Shown here in pieces: positions 35,707 through 45,000 of a stretch of 64,000 nt of DNA. Every line of letters starts with the position of its first letter. Position 1 is the stretch's first letter. The DNA lies in sequence record NC_010811.2. One strand, given 5' to 3'. The notes below the pieces were generated by a model. That model was given only the letters and a program-made list of their open reading frames with translations. It did no database searches and was not told the DNA's origin. The position numbers were made by a program, and so were the translations under genes.

Positions 35707-37971
35707 CTAGTCACGAATCTGATCCGGATACCCTTGGACCAGCGTTGATTCTCCCCGACGCTTCACTACAGTGAACGCCGTTGCCCCTTCATACCGCTCG
35801 TTATGCGGCGTGATCACAATGATCGAAGGAATGAGTTGGTTTAGTGTTGTGAGCAGGTTCTTGAAGACTTCCTGCATTTCGGTTGACAGACGCGCACTAG
35901 GCTCGTCCAGGATCAGCACGTTGCAGCGTTTGCGCTCTGGTACGAATGCCAGCAACGCGCACACCAGCACCAGCGTGAAGAGTGTGGATTCTGCACCGGA
36001 CAGGCGGCGCACGTCGCTCGTCTGCACCTTCTTGCCGACCCGGCGGTGCACCAGCAACTGAATCTGCGTGTCCCACTTGAACTCGAACTTGAAGTTCTCG
36101 GGGAACACTGGCGCAGCAAAGCGATTGACCAAGGTCATCAGACGTTGGCTGATTGCTTCGATCGCCATCTTCTTCAGGTTCTTGTCCTGATATCCATTCA
36201 CCAGATGCTTCAGCGCTTCCTCTTCTTTCAGCTGGCGTTCGTACTCTTCTAGTCGCGGCTTGATCTCGCGCAACTGCTGGCGAATAGAAGTGTCGAGCTC
36301 TAGCTTGGTGCACGTGCGCGACCACTGTTCCTGCACCTTGTTCAGCTGAGGAATGCAGTCGTGCTGTTGCTTGAATCGTTCTTTGTCCTCGGCCGTCAGC
36401 TTCTTCAGCTGCTCGATCGTTTCCAAATGCGGGCGGAAGTGCTCGATCAGCGACAGCGACTTCTGAATGTCAGCAACCACTGCCTTCTGGTCACGTACCG
36501 ACAGGCCGGGCACCCCGGTGAACGGCGCTGGAGCCACGGGCAGCGCCTTGAGTTCAGCGCCCAACCGCTCCCACTTGTTTGTGGATTCCAGCTGCGACTG
36601 CAGGTCAGCGAGTTGCGCTTTCAGCTTCTTCAGCTTGCCACTTGTCTCACGCCGCTCGTTAACAGCTTCTTCGTAGTCCCGTGCCTGCTGATGACGACGC
36701 AGCTTGTCCTTGACCACGTCCAGCTTCTGGCGCAGAACTTCGGGATCCTTGATCTTGACGATCTGCCCGCAGGTCTCGCACTTGCCTTGCTTGAAACGCT
36801 GGGCGTGTTCCAACTGATGGATGTACGCGCGCTTCAGTGTGTCGAGTTCACCCTCGTCCTCAGCAGGTGCCGTCACCTGTTCGGGCAGCTTGATGCGCTT
36901 CAGGTCCTCGGCCAGTCGCTGTGTACGAGGTTCGAGGTCGTCGATCTGAGCTTGAAGCTGCGTGCGCTTCCCGCTATGGCGGGCGCAGCGCTTGAGTAGC
37001 GCGGCCAGCCCATAGGTGTCAATAGCCGTACGCGCCTTGACAGAAAGGCGGGACGCTGCTTGTTCGTATTCCGCATGTTGTTCTTGATACTGTTCCCAGC
37101 GAATGGCGTCACGCAGCTTGCCTTCTACTTCCTTCAGCTCTTTGCGTGCCCAGCGCTCGGCGCGATCCATCTGCTGTTCGCAAATGTCGCCGTGGCAGAT
37201 GTTGTCAAGCTGTTTGAGTTGCTGACTGCTGGCCGCAGCAAACTCGAAGAGGCGCGTCAGTTCTTGGACTGCGGACAGCTCTTCCTGCAACTTCTTCATC
37301 TGCCGACGATAGCGCTTCTGCCTGGTGAGCAACGCTTCGCGCTCGTCTCGCGGCAGGACTTGCGTGCGAAGCTTCTCGTACTGTGCACGTAGTTCATCGT
37401 ACGCGGCACGCACACGCTTCAGCTTCGCAAGCTCTGCTACGTATAGCTTGCGCTCGGCATCGATCTTGTCCAGGCCAAAGAAGCGAGTGAAGAAGTCCTT
37501 GCGCGCTGCGTTGTTGCCCATGACCAGCGGATGGGGAATACGCGAGTCCAGATGCACGTAGGTCGAATACTCTTCCGGCGTGATCGGGAACAGACGGCGC
37601 ATAGCGTCACGCGCTGCAGTCTGTGTACGGTACTCCTGCAGCTTGCCGTTCACCTTGATCTGCAGCTTGTCGCTGCGACCGTTGGACACTCGCTGCACCA
37701 GCACACGCTTACCGCTATGCGTGGTGAACGGCAGGCTGCGCACACCGCTCTTCAGCTTGTCAACCTTGAGGCCGACGATCGGTTCTTCGTACAGAATTTC
37801 AGCAGGAGCGCCTGCCAGCAGCGACTTGCCAACGCCGTTGCTGTTCTTGCTGGCCTTCGTGTGAACACGGTTCAGGCCGTAGATGGCGGTGAGTCCCGGC
37901 ACAATGGGCAACCGCACCTTGCCCGTGAACGGGCCGTAGCTTTCAAGACCGATAGCGCTGATGACGTTCAT
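35707..37971 (-). CDS. sbcC: SbcC/Rad50/T4 gp46-like ABC ATPase (recombination nuclease subunit)
   Basis: Walker A NGVGKS, coiled coil with zinc hook CETC, signature LSGAE, Walker B LILDEP, H-loop TPH. Confidence 0.9.
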   Translation of the reverse strand: MNVISAIGLESYGPFTGKVRLPIVPGLTAIYGLNRVHTKASKNSNGVGKSLLAGAPAEILYEEPIVGLKVDKLKSGVRSLPFTTHSGKRVLVQRVSNGRSDKLQIKVNGKLQEYRTQTAARDAMRRLFPITPEEYSTYVHLDSRIPHPLVMGNNAARKDFFTRFFGLDKIDAERKLYVAELAKLKRVRAAYDELRAQYEKLRTQVLPRDEREALLTRQKRYRRQMKKLQEELSAVQELTRLFEFAAASSQQLKQLDNICHGDICEQQMDRAERWARKELKEVEGKLRDAIRWEQYQEQHAEYEQAASRLSVKARTAIDTYGLAALLKRCARHSGKRTQLQAQIDDLEPRTQRLAEDLKRIKLPEQVTAPAEDEGELDTLKRAYIHQLEHAQRFKQGKCETCGQIVKIKDPEVLRQKLDVVKDKLRRHQQARDYEEAVNERRETSGKLKKLKAQLADLQSQLESTNKWERLGAELKALPVAPAPFTGVPGLSVRDQKAVVADIQKSLSLIEHFRPHLETIEQLKKLTAEDKERFKQQHDCIPQLNKVQEQWSRTCTKLELDTSIRQQLREIKPRLEEYERQLKEEEALKHLVNGYQDKNLKKMAIEAISQRLMTLVNRFAAPVFPENFKFEFKWDTQIQLLVHRRVGKKVQTSDVRRLSGAESTLFTLVLVCALLAFVPERKRCNVLILDEPSARLSTEMQEVFKNLLTTLNQLIPSIIVITPHNERYEGATAFTVVKRRGESTLVQGYPDQIRD

Positions 37972-38453
37972 TTTGATACGTGCTTCAGGCCCATTGCAGA
38001 TCGTGGGCCTTTGTGAAGGTTATTGGCTGCGGTGCGTGGTTGGATCTTGAAGTCGATGGGCAAGCCAGTCAGCGATCCAAGCCACTTGCTGAGAGCGATC
38101 GTATGGATCAACCACTTGGGGTCGAACTCCCACGCACCGGGAACGGTCATATTTACGCCGGGGAACTCGCGAGCAAAGTCATCGTCTGGCAGAATGAGGA
38201 CCACGTCCACATCCCGCCAGTCGGGTCGATCCATTGACGACCCAACGAGATAACAGGTCTCGCCGTAGGCTTCGCTCAGCTGCTGACATGCCAGCTCCAA
38301 CTGAAAGACGGCCGGGACTCCGATGTAGCACGCCTTCTTACGCTTGGGCGCAGGCGTTGGTGCCCCATCCGGGTCGGCCCGCACTACCGGTTTGCGACCA
38401 GTGCCCTTGCTGATGGACTTGATGCCGTCGTTGTCGAAGTTCTTAAAGTCCAT
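37968..38453 (-). CDS. Pol-beta superfamily (minimal) nucleotidyltransferase
   Basis: YLVGSS....DWRDVDVVLIL gives the GS plus DxD motif; downstream IDF supplies a third Asp candidate. Likely start MDFKNF at 38453. Confidence 0.7.
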   Translation of the reverse strand: MDFKNFDNDGIKSISKGTGRKPVVRADPDGAPTPAPKRKKACYIGVPAVFQLELACQQLSEAYGETCYLVGSSMDRPDWRDVDVVLILPDDDFAREFPGVNMTVPGAWEFDPKWLIHTIALSKWLGSLTGLPIDFKIQPRTAANNLHKGPRSAMGLKHVSK

Positions 38454-38724
38454 AGATGTTCTTTGCCTTTGAGATCTTGTTGAAGAACCAGCGTTCGAGG
38501 TACACTTCGGCCGTGGGTCCTCGCCCCTTTGCGTATCCGTAGACGACGCCGCTGTGTGCGTCAACTGCTCGGCTGCAGTCAGCCCAATTGTCCATCAGAT
38601 AGTCCACGTTGATCAGCGCCAAGTCGAAGTCAGGAACCGACACGCGAACCACATTCTCCAGCGGCGGGAAGATGTTCATCAACTTCCCGAATCGCACCAC
38701 ACCGTCTACCACCTTCTGTGTCAT
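38443..38724 (-). CDS. Hypothetical protein
   Basis: 93 aa overlapping its neighbours. Confidence 0.5.
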   Translation of the reverse strand: MTQKVVDGVVRFGKLMNIFPPLENVVRVSVPDFDLALINVDYLMDNWADCSRAVDAHSGVVYGYAKGRGPTAEVYLERWFFNKISKAKNIYGL

Positions 38725-39017
38725 GTGAATGCCTTCTTTGCTTTGATGATAACGCCTTCGGCCAGTCGTTGCGCTTTTGCTTCGCGCACGGTGTCCGGTC
38801 GTTCACCAAGCGATGTTCCAAGCATGTCCTTGTACGCCTCACGTCCTGAATGAGTAGCAGCCACAAACCCATCGCTGCCTTTGACCAGGATGTTCGCGGC
38901 CAATCCTTGATCTACCAGCGTGTTGCAGGCGTCACGTGACAACAGATCGCCGGCCCACAAAGGGCCGTCCTCTACCAGCGAGATCAGCTGATATTGTTCA
39001 GTGTTGCTAAGGACCAT
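38721..39017 (-). CDS. Hypothetical protein
   Basis: MVLSNTEQY, preceded by GGGGAG. Confidence 0.5.
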   Translation of the reverse strand: MVLSNTEQYQLISLVEDGPLWAGDLLSRDACNTLVDQGLAANILVKGSDGFVAATHSGREAYKDMLGTSLGERPDTVREAKAQRLAEGVIIKAKKAFT

Positions 39018-39042
39018 GATACTCCCCCGAGTACGTAGGTTG

Positions 39043-39312
39043 TCAGCTTTGACTGCTGTGTTCTTTCTTGATCCCGTCGAAGGAGATCTGCAAGTCAATC
39101 ATCTCCTCCGGCCCTGCGTGGACCACGCTGTCGACCGGGCCACCGGCGGATGGATACCAACTGCCGATCGCCTTTTCCTTGTGAACTGCTTCGGGCCACT
39201 GCTTCAGGAATTGGCTGGGAACGAGAGGACTTAAATCGACGACCTCCACCTCTACCGTTGAGCGTGCCCACCGGCGTCGCAATCGTCGTCGATCATGTGC
39301 GTTCCCGCTCAT
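39043..39312 (-). CDS. Hypothetical protein
   Basis: 89 aa with ATGA overlap to the clamp loader stop. Confidence 0.4.
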   Translation of the reverse strand: MSGNAHDRRRLRRRWARSTVEVEVVDLSPLVPSQFLKQWPEAVHKEKAIGSWYPSAGGPVDSVVHAGPEEMIDLQISFDGIKKEHSSQS

Positions 39313-40397
39313 TTGAACTTCTCCATGAGGAAGTACAGCTCGGACGACATGAGGTCGGTAGCCGGAACAGCGAACGACGTGGCCTGTCCCTGAATACGGA
39401 CCATCGTTGCATTGACCGCGGCCAACGTGCCCAGCGTCAGCTTCAGGTTCTTGGTGGCGCCGTGTACCTTGCGATTAGCGTTCGACCACCAGATCTTCTT
39501 GTGCTTGCCGACCACCGCCACGTTCAGCATGAAGGCTGCGATCCACGCGCACTTCTTGACGAAGGAGTAAGGATCACTGACGTCGAGCAGTGCGCGTTGG
39601 ACAGCGGCGTATTGCTTGCTGTACACGCCGATCATCAGATCAGCAGCCAGCTCATCGTCCGGGGACTCGACACTGGAGATGAGATCGGCCAGATGCTCGG
39701 TGCCCAGCTTCTTCGGCTTCTTGTCCAGGCCCTCGTAATACTGCTGGAGCGCTTGCATGAGGTTGGCCAGCGTACGCATCTCGCGATTGCAGCCACGGAC
39801 CAGCGCCTTGAGCACGGTGCGTTCCTCGTCCATCGCATAGCTCATGCCTTCGCCCTTAGCGATGCGCACGGCCTGCTTCAGCAGATCGCTTTCCGACGGT
39901 TCTTGCAGGACGAACTGCGTACATCGACTGAGAATGGCCTTGCCCGTGCGCGTGGTACCGAACTTCTCCGGCTCCATGCTACAGATGATCCACAGCGTGT
40001 CGGGCGACGGCTCTTCCAGCGTCTTCAGCAGGGCCTGCGCCGCCACCTGATTGGACACGATCTGCTGTGCTTCATCGATGAGGATAATGCGCTTGTTGCG
40101 TTGCGGGCGGAAGCGCGAGTTGCGAATCAGGTCACGAACCGCGTCCACCCCGCGTTCGTCGGCGGCATCCACTTCTTTGTAGTCGGTCTGCTTTTCGACC
40201 GGCAACTCGTTCAGTGCGTGCGCCACGCAACGACCAAGCGTGGTCTTGCCAGCCGACGGCGGGCCGAAGAAGGCAATAGCCGACGGGATCTTGCCGCTAG
40301 ACAGCATGCCCTTGAGGCGGGTCACGATCTTTTCCTGGCCAATCACGCGGTCCAGAGTAGTCGGGCGATATTTGCGATGGAAGGCTACTTGAGTCAT
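39309..40397 (-). CDS. dnaX: Clamp loader AAA+ subunit, DNA Pol III gamma/tau-like
   Basis: FHRKYRPTTLDRVIGQE, Walker A GPPSAGKTT, Walker B LIDEAQ, ALLKTLEEP, ILSRCTQF (SRC motif). Confidence 0.9.
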   Translation of the reverse strand: MTQVAFHRKYRPTTLDRVIGQEKIVTRLKGMLSSGKIPSAIAFFGPPSAGKTTLGRCVAHALNELPVEKQTDYKEVDAADERGVDAVRDLIRNSRFRPQRNKRIILIDEAQQIVSNQVAAQALLKTLEEPSPDTLWIICSMEPEKFGTTRTGKAILSRCTQFVLQEPSESDLLKQAVRIAKGEGMSYAMDEERTVLKALVRGCNREMRTLANLMQALQQYYEGLDKKPKKLGTEHLADLISSVESPDDELAADLMIGVYSKQYAAVQRALLDVSDPYSFVKKCAWIAAFMLNVAVVGKHKKIWWSNANRKVHGATKNLKLTLGTLAAVNATMVRIQGQATSFAVPATDLMSSELYFLMEKFK

Positions 40398-40645
40398 CAG
40401 TCTTGTGCCGATTGGGGTTTGGTGGTTGTGTCGAATGGGAACAGCGCACGCGACACAGCGCGATGCACTTCGAGATGTGCCTTGACTTCGCGTGCGACGC
40501 GGGTCCATGCCGGACTGTACAGAAGGACGCCGTACACAGAACCGTCCGGATTGGGATCTGCGCCATGCGCCACGCTCGAGTCGGGATCGATGCCGCGAAT
40601 GCGACACAGTTCACGCGCCGCAACTTCTAGCTGCTTGTCATTCAT
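40397..40645 (-). CDS. Small hypothetical protein
   Basis: 82 aa; TGATG overlap with the dnaX-like start. Confidence 0.5.
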   Translation of the reverse strand: MNDKQLEVAARELCRIRGIDPDSSVAHGADPNPDGSVYGVLLYSPAWTRVAREVKAHLEVHRAVSRALFPFDTTTKPQSAQD

Positions 40646-40907
40646 CGTCGTCTTCCTCTTCCAGACTTGCCTTGTAGCGTTCGACTTCCTTGTTCAGCAT
40701 GAGCTCCACGTCGTTCGCAATCTGCGAGTAGACAGCGCGGCGCGTCTGCCGTGCGTCATCGTCAGGACCCAGATCGTGAGTCTCCGTGACGGTGATGGAC
40801 AGCGGTTCGAAGCGAGTGACCTGCACTGTTCGACTCACTGTGACGGTGATTTGCGTTGGAGTGCGCTGCGGTTTAAGCGGCTTCTTGGTCTTTGGGCGGC
40901 GTTGCAC
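40638..40907 (-). CDS. Small hypothetical protein
   Basis: 89 aa; basic N-terminus and acidic C-terminus. Confidence 0.5.
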   Translation of the reverse strand: MQRRPKTKKPLKPQRTPTQITVTVSRTVQVTRFEPLSITVTETHDLGPDDDARQTRRAVYSQIANDVELMLNKEVERYKASLEEEDDDE

Positions 40908-41046
40908 TGTGTGACTCCAGATATTCGGTGAGCAGTTCTTCCCACTGCTCGCGTGGTCGGTATTGAGTGTTCTTCTTTCGGTTGTAGTTGAACTCGAAAT
41001 CTTCGAGCTCCTGCGCCTTCTCTTTCAGGAAATCTTTCAACTGCAT
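40873..41046 (-). CDS. Small hypothetical protein (57 aa, not in the ORF track)
   Basis: My translation: MQLKDFLKEKAQELEDFEFNYNRKKNTQYRPREQWEELLTEYLESHSATPPKDQEAA*; GGGG SD-like upstream. Confidence 0.5.
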   Translation of the reverse strand: MQLKDFLKEKAQELEDFEFNYNRKKNTQYRPREQWEELLTEYLESHSATPPKDQEAA

Positions 41047-41054
41047 TCTAACCC

Positions 41055-41984
41055 CTATTTACGGCGTTTGGCTTCAGCATCCAGCTTGTCCTGTGCGCGC
41101 TGCGCGTGACCGCGGATCGGCACATGACCCTTATTCTTTCCAAGGTTGTAGGCGGACAGCAGCTCGCGGCGCACTTGCTTGTCATCCATCTTGCTGCAGA
41201 CTGGGCAGTACTCACCCTTGCAACGACCCCAATCCATCAACGCCAACACTTCGGACTTGGACGCAGCGTCTAGTGCCGCGCGATGCATCTTCTTGTAGCG
41301 AGACAGACGTTGCTTCACACGCTTGCGCGTTTCGTCGGTCAGCGGTCGCACCCACAGCACCGGGTCCGTGGTCACCGGATTGTCACGCAGGATGAAAGCG
41401 TCAGCATATCCAGCGATCTTCAACCCGTACTGCAATTCGACCAGCACTGCGTACGTCTCGATCTGTTCGCGGTAGGTAGCTCCTGGATCTTTCTTCTTGC
41501 CCGGCGCGCCCTTTACGCTCGTCGTCTTGAAGTCGACAATCCAAAGGCGTCCTTCCTTGTCCTTGTAGATGGCGTCGATGTGACCGTGGATGCCCTTGTA
41601 GTCGATCTCCACTTCATGATACTGCGTCGGATGGTCGCAGCATTCATGAACGTATGACATGCGATGCCACTTCTTGCAGTGCGTGCAGTGGTAGTCAGCG
41701 AGCAGCTGTCCGCTGCGGCTGAGGAAGTTCTGAAGCACTTCGTGAACAACAGTTCCCACTCGCGTGTAGAAAGCAGAGCCAAAGTCTTCCAACCCATACA
41801 ATCCACGCGATGCATGGTTGATGAAGAAGGAAGTGGGGCAGAATGGCATCTGCGACGGACGCAGATAAAGAACGCGGGACGGGCTGGTCTTCGTCAGGAA
41901 CGTCTGGTTTTTGATCAGACGCTTGAAAACACCAACGAAGTCAGAGGCCAGCGTGTGATTTGAGAGTGGGCGGATTTCGATCAT
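41055..41984 (-). CDS. Cas4-like/RecB-family PD-(D/E)XK nuclease with an extra Zn ribbon
   Basis: PSQ..FCP, GT.VH, GHIDAI...IVDFKTT, QIETY (QxxxY), C-terminal C....CPVC; insert CTHC...CCD. Confidence 0.8.
   Translation of the reverse strand: MIEIRPLSNHTLASDFVGVFKRLIKNQTFLTKTSPSRVLYLRPSQMPFCPTSFFINHASRGLYGLEDFGSAFYTRVGTVVHEVLQNFLSRSGQLLADYHCTHCKKWHRMSYVHECCDHPTQYHEVEIDYKGIHGHIDAIYKDKEGRLWIVDFKTTSVKGAPGKKKDPGATYREQIETYAVLVELQYGLKIAGYADAFILRDNPVTTDPVLWVRPLTDETRKRVKQRLSRYKKMHRAALDAASKSEVLALMDWGRCKGEYCPVCSKMDDKQVRRELLSAYNLGKNKGHVPIRGHAQRAQDKLDAEAKRRK
41056..41062 (-). promoter_or_regulatory. GTAAATA motif
   Basis: CCGTAAATAGG on the - strand, about 9 nt before the start at 41046; overlaps the stop of the upstream gene. 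Confidence 0.4.
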
Positions 41985-42008
41985 GCAGTGTCCTTCAGGG
42001 CTTACCTA

Positions 42009-42015
42009 TATTTAC
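42009..42015 (-). promoter_or_regulatory. GTAAATA motif
   Basis: CAGTAAATATAG on the - strand, about 24 nt before the start at 41984. Confidence 0.5.
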
Positions 42016-42023
42016 TGGGTGCC

Positions 42024-42050
42024 ATCAAATTCACCTGTCGCAAATTTGAT
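42024..42050. promoter_or_regulatory. Back-to-back AATTTGAT motifs (divergent)
   Basis: ATCAAATT at 42024-42031 (- strand) and AATTTGAT at 42043-42050 (+ strand) in the 98-nt divergent gap. Confidence 0.5.
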
Positions 42051-42082
42051 GTCAGCAGTATCCATGATCTAATGGAGTCCAT

Positions 42083-45000
42083 ATGAAGATTTCTTTGACG
42101 CAGGCTGGTGTCAACCTGCTGAATTCCAATCAAGGGCCAGTCACCGTCACCAGCTTCCAAGTGGGTGCGGGCTTCGGCTATACGCCCTCGCTTTCCGACA
42201 CAGCGCTGCACGGCGCCCTGCTGTTCACGGGACAGCCGACGGCACCAGTCGCCGTCAACGCCAACGTCGTCAAGTATTCTGCCTATCTCGATTTCAATCT
42301 GGGGCCGTTCGCCTTCGGTGAAGTCGGTCTGTTCGTCGGCAACACCCTGTTCGCACTGGCAGCAGCTGATGAGCTGATCCAAAAGCTGGCGACCGGCAGC
42401 ACGCCTGGGAACAGTGTACGCATCGACATGTATCTGTCGATGGTTGGTCAGAATTACGCGATGTGGTTGAATCTGGCCACCTCCAACAACGAGTTCCAGA
42501 TGGCAATTCTGCCGTCGGTGGACAATCTGCCGCCGTCGTCGCAAGCAGTGCCCAACGCCTATGTGGTGAGCGGCAACGCCCAGAGTTCGGCGTTCATGGC
42601 GTACACCGATCAGAACGGCTTCTGGAATTTCGACGCATACGCCTACTTCAATCAGGCGTCGGTTGTGATCACCGGGGCAACGGCCACCAGCATCACGATC
42701 GGACTGGGTTCGTATCTGCCGGGCTTCACGCCGTCCTATCCGGGATCGGTGCTGCTGGAATTCAGCAGCGGGCAGAACTACAGCATCTGCCGTCAGGTCA
42801 CTTCGACTGTGATCTCGGGGTCCAACGTCACGATCAGCTTCAGCACCCCACTCATGGTGTTGCCTGCCGCTGGCGACAGCGTCACGTTCTTCGGTCGCCA
42901 GCAACTGAGCACGACCATCCCAAATCTGCCGATCGCAACCAGCACGACTCTGGGCGCGGTGATCGTTGGCACGAGCTTGACGGTGGACGCCACGGGCCTC
43001 ATCAATGTGGCGCCAACCGCGTATCCTGTCTCGTCGGTGAACGGCAAGACGGGAGCTGTCGTGCTCACGGCGACGGACATCAGCGGGTTTGCAACCGTCG
43101 CGCGTACAGGTTTGTACAGCGATCTGATTGGCGCTCCGGGGGCCTACACGTTGCCCGTTGCCACTACGACCACGTTGGGCGGCGTCAAAGTGCCGACCAC
43201 CGGTAATCTGTCGGTTGATGGAACGGGCAACCTGAGTCTGGGCTTCAATCCGGTCAAGTCGGTGAATACCAATCTGCCTGATGCCAATGGCAACGTGACG
43301 ATCAACATCCCGACGCCTCCGCCGCAGGTAGTGTACATCGGTCTGGTGCAGCCAGCCGCAATCGCCAGTGGACAGGACTTCAACCAGATGCAGACTACTG
43401 GCCTGTTCTACGCGACGGATGCGGTAGCCAGTTCGCTGATCAACGCGCCAATCACTACGACGGGCGGTACGCTGGACATCGAACCGTTCTCGACGACGGC
43501 AAGTGGTGGCGATGTGATCCAACGATACACAACGCAAGACACTATCTACTGGCGACGCTATGTCCAGTCGTCCAACACGTGGACGTCGTGGGTTGGTACC
43601 ATCACCAGCGCAGGAGCCATTCCGGTGGCGACGTCGACTGTTCTGGGTGGAATCAAGGTAGGCGCCAACCTGACGGTGACTGGAGACGGCACGCTGTCTG
43701 CTACTCCTTACTCACTGCCAACGGCCAGCAGCACGGTTCTGGGTGGGATCAAGGTGGGCAGCGGTCTGTCGATCGATGGCAGCGGGGTGTTGAGTGCGTC
43801 GAGCAGCTTGACGGCTCCCAATATCATGTACAATGGAAGCGGCGAGTTTGGGGCCACTGGCTGGACGGTACCTGCCAACTTCGCGTTCGTACGTGATCCG
43901 TCCTACGGTCCACTGTTCCAGAACACGAGTGCGCTGACTACTGCCAGCTTCACGCTCAGCACACCGAAGGTTACGGTAGATCCCAACGTCAGTCATTACG
44001 CGTCGGTAGATTTGACGGTGGGCTTGTCCGCGGGTAACGTTACACTGAATCTCATCTCGTACGACGGCAGCAACAATCCGACCACAGTTGCTACGCAGAC
44101 GTTCACCGCGGCGTCTGTGTTCTCGCGTCAGTTTGTTGGCGGATTCTTGCCGTCAAACGCGGTGACTGCGGCGGTCACCATAGTTGGTGCGGGAGTCAGT
44201 GCCAACATCGCGGGCATCCAGGTGCGTCGCGTGAAGCTGGAAGCTGCGTCGTCGCCGAGTGCCTACTCCGTGGAAGCCGATGTGGTTCCCGCAACGACTA
44301 CGGCCTTGGGTTTGGTGAAGGTGGGCGCCAACTTGGCGGTGGCCGCAGATGGAACGCTGTCGGCCACCGCCCAGCCGTTGAGTCCGGCGACCACCACGAC
44401 GCTTGGTGGGGTACAGATTCCGGTCGCAAGCAGTCTGTCGGTGGATGGAGCGGGCAATCTGTCGTTCGTGCAGAACGCCAACATGCTGTCCAACAGCAGC
44501 GGTGGAAGCGGCACGTTGGGCTGGAACATTCCAGCGTCGTTCTCCGTAGTGAATAGCTACGGCCCGATCTTCATTAGCAACACCACGCTCAGCGGCGTGT
44601 CGACGGGTATCATCACCCCGAAAGCGCCTGCGCTGGCAAGCACGACCTACACCCTGTCAGGCGACATCTACAACGTGAGCACGGCTGGCACCATCCAGCT
44701 GGCGATCGTTGCCTACGACAGTGGCGGCACGATGATTGGGTCTGGCGCTTTTGCGTCTTCCAGCAACGCGCCGAATGGTGGGTGGAGTCGTATCAGCGTA
44801 ACAGGAACTACGCCCGCAGGCACTGCATTCTTGGCTGCAGACGTGTTCTTGAGTGGAGTGAGCGCACCTGTGAGCGGGGTTGCATTCCGTCGCCTGAAGC
44901 TGGAATTGGGGTCCACGCCTACTGCCTACTCTGTGGAAGGCGACATCCTGACGGCTACGACCACGATGACTGGTCTGGTGAAGGGTGGTGGAACCAACAT

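Noticed and set aside
41055-41984. CRISPR-Cas system
   Set aside because: Only a solo Cas4-like nuclease is present, with no cas1/cas2, effector genes or array.
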